DNA of 64,000 nt, taken from the NCBI GenBank assembly GCA_963675495.1, contig OY776215.1:1472001-1536000 (forward strand), in the 5' to 3' direction. Origin of the DNA: an uncultured Methanolobus sp. Lineage in GTDB: Archaea; Halobacteriota; Methanosarcinia; Methanosarcinales; Methanosarcinaceae. Each line of letters begins with the position of its first letter. The first letter of the stretch is position 1. The translations under genes and the position numbers were made by a program. The notes below the pieces were generated by a model. That model made no database searches and was not told the DNA's origin. It was given only the letters and a program-made list of their open reading frames with translations. Positions 61,969 to 64,000 of the stretch are shown here, one piece after another.

Positions 61969-62520
61969 TTAGAGCAGACCCATGCTGTCAAGCTGCTGCC
62001 TTACGACTTCAACACCCTGTTCACAATTCTCAGGAGATTTGCCACCGGTAACCACAAGCTTTCCAGAACTGAAAATAAGTACTACGACCTTAGGATCGTC
62101 TATGCGATAAACAAGACCCGGGAACTGTTCAGGTTCATATTCAATGTTCTCAAGACCAAGACCGATAGCAATAGCATTAAGATTTAGCACTGCCTTAAGA
62201 TCTGCAGATGCTACAATATTCTGAACAGTGATTTCAGGGTCCTCTATGGTCTTTATTCCAATTCCATTGAGTTTTTTTGCCATGTTGCCTATGACAGTGT
62301 GAACATCAGCCACATTCTTTGCACCGGTACATACTACCTTGCCGGAAGTGAATACCAAAAATGCAGCTTTTGGGTCAGTTACACGGTAAACAAGACCAGG
62401 AAACTTCTGTTTGTTATATTCAGCACCCTCGAATTCAGCTTCTATCTTTATAAGATCAAATTCTTCTGCAAGCTTGGTAGATGCGACCACATTTTCAATT
62501 TTGATGTTATAATCTGACAT
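61969..62520 (-). CDS. tbp: TATA-box-binding protein
   Basis: Two NVVAS/NIVAS...FPGLVYR...F.SGK repeats. Confidence 0.97.
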   Translation of the reverse strand: MSDYNIKIENVVASTKLAEEFDLIKIEAEFEGAEYNKQKFPGLVYRVTDPKAAFLVFTSGKVVCTGAKNVADVHTVIGNMAKKLNGIGIKTIEDPEITVQNIVASADLKAVLNLNAIAIGLGLENIEYEPEQFPGLVYRIDDPKVVVLIFSSGKLVVTGGKSPENCEQGVEVVRQQLDSMGLL

Positions 62521-62669
62521 AGTATAATCCTCATATTTAAAGCATTTAAAGCGGGTTGGTTATATTCAGCAATTCAATATATAAAGTTATACCCTTGTGT
62601 TTATATAAGTATTTAAAGAAAACATAAAAGTGACATTTTTGAAAGGTTTTTACAAGAAACTGCTTATTT

Positions 62670-63776
62670 TTAACTGTCCTCGAATTTTTTAAGTCCATCT
62701 ATAACAGCATCATATTTGCTACAGACCCTTTCCAGCAAGCTGCCATCCATGGCTTTGTGAGTCGGCACAAGAATCTCGGCACCTTCTGAAACTTCAATAC
62801 CATCTGTTGATGTTTCATAATCAGGAGCTATTATAATCCCGGTAGATGATACACCCAGGCGCAAGTCACCGACAATACGCGCAACCATCTCGGTTGCAGG
62901 CTGGACTTTCTTGCTTATAACAAGTGCCTTTGAAGTATAACGCTCTTTGAGGTCACTTATTGATTCAATACTTGATCTTGACCTCTCAGGGTCAGCCACA
63001 TTCTCAAGGAGGTTGATAGAATCAATAATATCATCAAAAGTGGTCGAACTAACCTCAATTATTTCTCCGTCATAATATTTACTCACTTTTTCAAGGTAAC
63101 CTTTGGAGATAATCAATTTATATACATCTTCAAGCTCATCCAACTCATCTTCTGTAGGATCATAGGCGTTGATAACCTTGTACTCTCTTATACCACACAT
63201 TTCCATCAGGGACTCATACATAGGAGTAACGCCAATGAATCGCCTCCCAAGCCACTTGTTAAGACCACTCTGTCCGCTTTGAAGGCGGGAAAGTTCAACG
63301 ATCTTCTTTTTAACAAGTTCGGGATCGTTAGATTCGAGACCGAAATAGTCAGCAAATAAAGAAGTGGTACGAAGGATCTTCGTCCTCCCATGCGGCACAG
63401 CCTCAACAAAACCCCTTTCCTTAAGTTCCCTTATGTGGTCATAAGCAGAATTTCCCCTCATATCCACAAGCTCTGACTGGATAAGTGGCTGATGATATGC
63501 TATCATGGAAAGTGTGCGCAACATGGGCGCACTCAATTCTTTTGGAGCAAGTGGTCTTACCACATCAGTATATTTTGGTTTGACCTGCATAACGTAGCGC
63601 TCACCAAGGTCAATTACCTCAATACCAGTTTCCCTGGAAGAATATTCCTTCACAAGATCAAGTGCGATAGGGATAACATGTTTCTTTGGCTTGCCTATCA
63701 GTTTTCCAAGGGTTGCCGCATCAAGTGCCCCTCCGGCAGCAAAAAGAGCTGCTTCCATAACTTCCCGGTCACTCAT
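62670..63776 (-). CDS. scpB: SMC-associated ScpB with C-terminal extension
   Basis: EAALF, LRTLSMIAYHQP, RG, TT..F..YFGL. Confidence 0.9.
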   Translation of the reverse strand: MSDREVMEAALFAAGGALDAATLGKLIGKPKKHVIPIALDLVKEYSSRETGIEVIDLGERYVMQVKPKYTDVVRPLAPKELSAPMLRTLSMIAYHQPLIQSELVDMRGNSAYDHIRELKERGFVEAVPHGRTKILRTTSLFADYFGLESNDPELVKKKIVELSRLQSGQSGLNKWLGRRFIGVTPMYESLMEMCGIREYKVINAYDPTEDELDELEDVYKLIISKGYLEKVSKYYDGEIIEVSSTTFDDIIDSINLLENVADPERSRSSIESISDLKERYTSKALVISKKVQPATEMVARIVGDLRLGVSSTGIIIAPDYETSTDGIEVSEGAEILVPTHKAMDGSLLERVCSKYDAVIDGLKKFEDS

Positions 63777-63793
63777 AACTGTAAACACACCCC

Positions 63794-64000
63794 TTAGACA
63801 GCCTCATAATTTGCCCTGGCTGGATAAACGTACAATTCACCGAAGAGTTCTTCCTGTGTCAACCAAATCTGCTTTTCAGTTGCAAGGAAAAGAAGCGAAA
63901 CATATGTCATGATATTCTCAGACCTGTCATCGGTCATCAGGTCCGAAAGCTGGACAAACTCGTGTTCAGTAAATGATTCCTTTAACATTGCAGCCATATC
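63794..64000 (-). CDS. scpA: 3' end of kleisin ScpA (truncated by window end)
   Basis: TYVSLLFLA...WLTQEELFGELYV winged-helix tail, directly upstream of scpB. Confidence 0.85.
   Translation of the reverse strand, partial: DMAAMLKESFTEHEFVQLSDLMTDDRSENIMTYVSLLFLATEKQIWLTQEELFGELYVYPARANYEAV

Overview
A 64-kb chromosomal segment of a methanogenic archaeon of the Methanosarcinaceae. The 16S sequence, mtd and a DUF1608-type S-layer gene support this; the genus Methanolobus is my impression only. The window is mostly core genome: a complete minus-strand rRNA operon (16S-tRNA-Ala-23S-tRNA-Cys-5S), SRP RNA, tRNA-Ser, intron-containing tRNA-Met, ftsZ-secE-spt5-rpl11-rpl1-rpl10-rpl12, polB, tbp, scpAB, pstSCAB-phoU-phoU, trkHA, a nickel-type ECF transporter, thiC, pyrC, serB, mtd, tgtA and three KaiC-like ATPases. 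I saw no CRISPR array, transposase or provirus. Best leads: (1) a tight UbiA prenyltransferase + atypical geranylgeranyl reductase + radical SAM operon, a candidate for methanophenazine or other unexplained prenyl-ether biosynthesis, with an orphan UbiB kinase/methyltransferase pair 40 kb away; (2) an ErcA-like Fe-alcohol dehydrogenase coupled to a hybrid PAS histidine kinase, a possible alcohol/methanol sensor; (3) an rpl1 leader that mimics this genome's own 23S L1-binding site; (4) two small membrane proteins missed or mis-started by the ORF track, several degenerate enzymes and candidate operators. All calls are by-eye motif recognition; no database searches were run.
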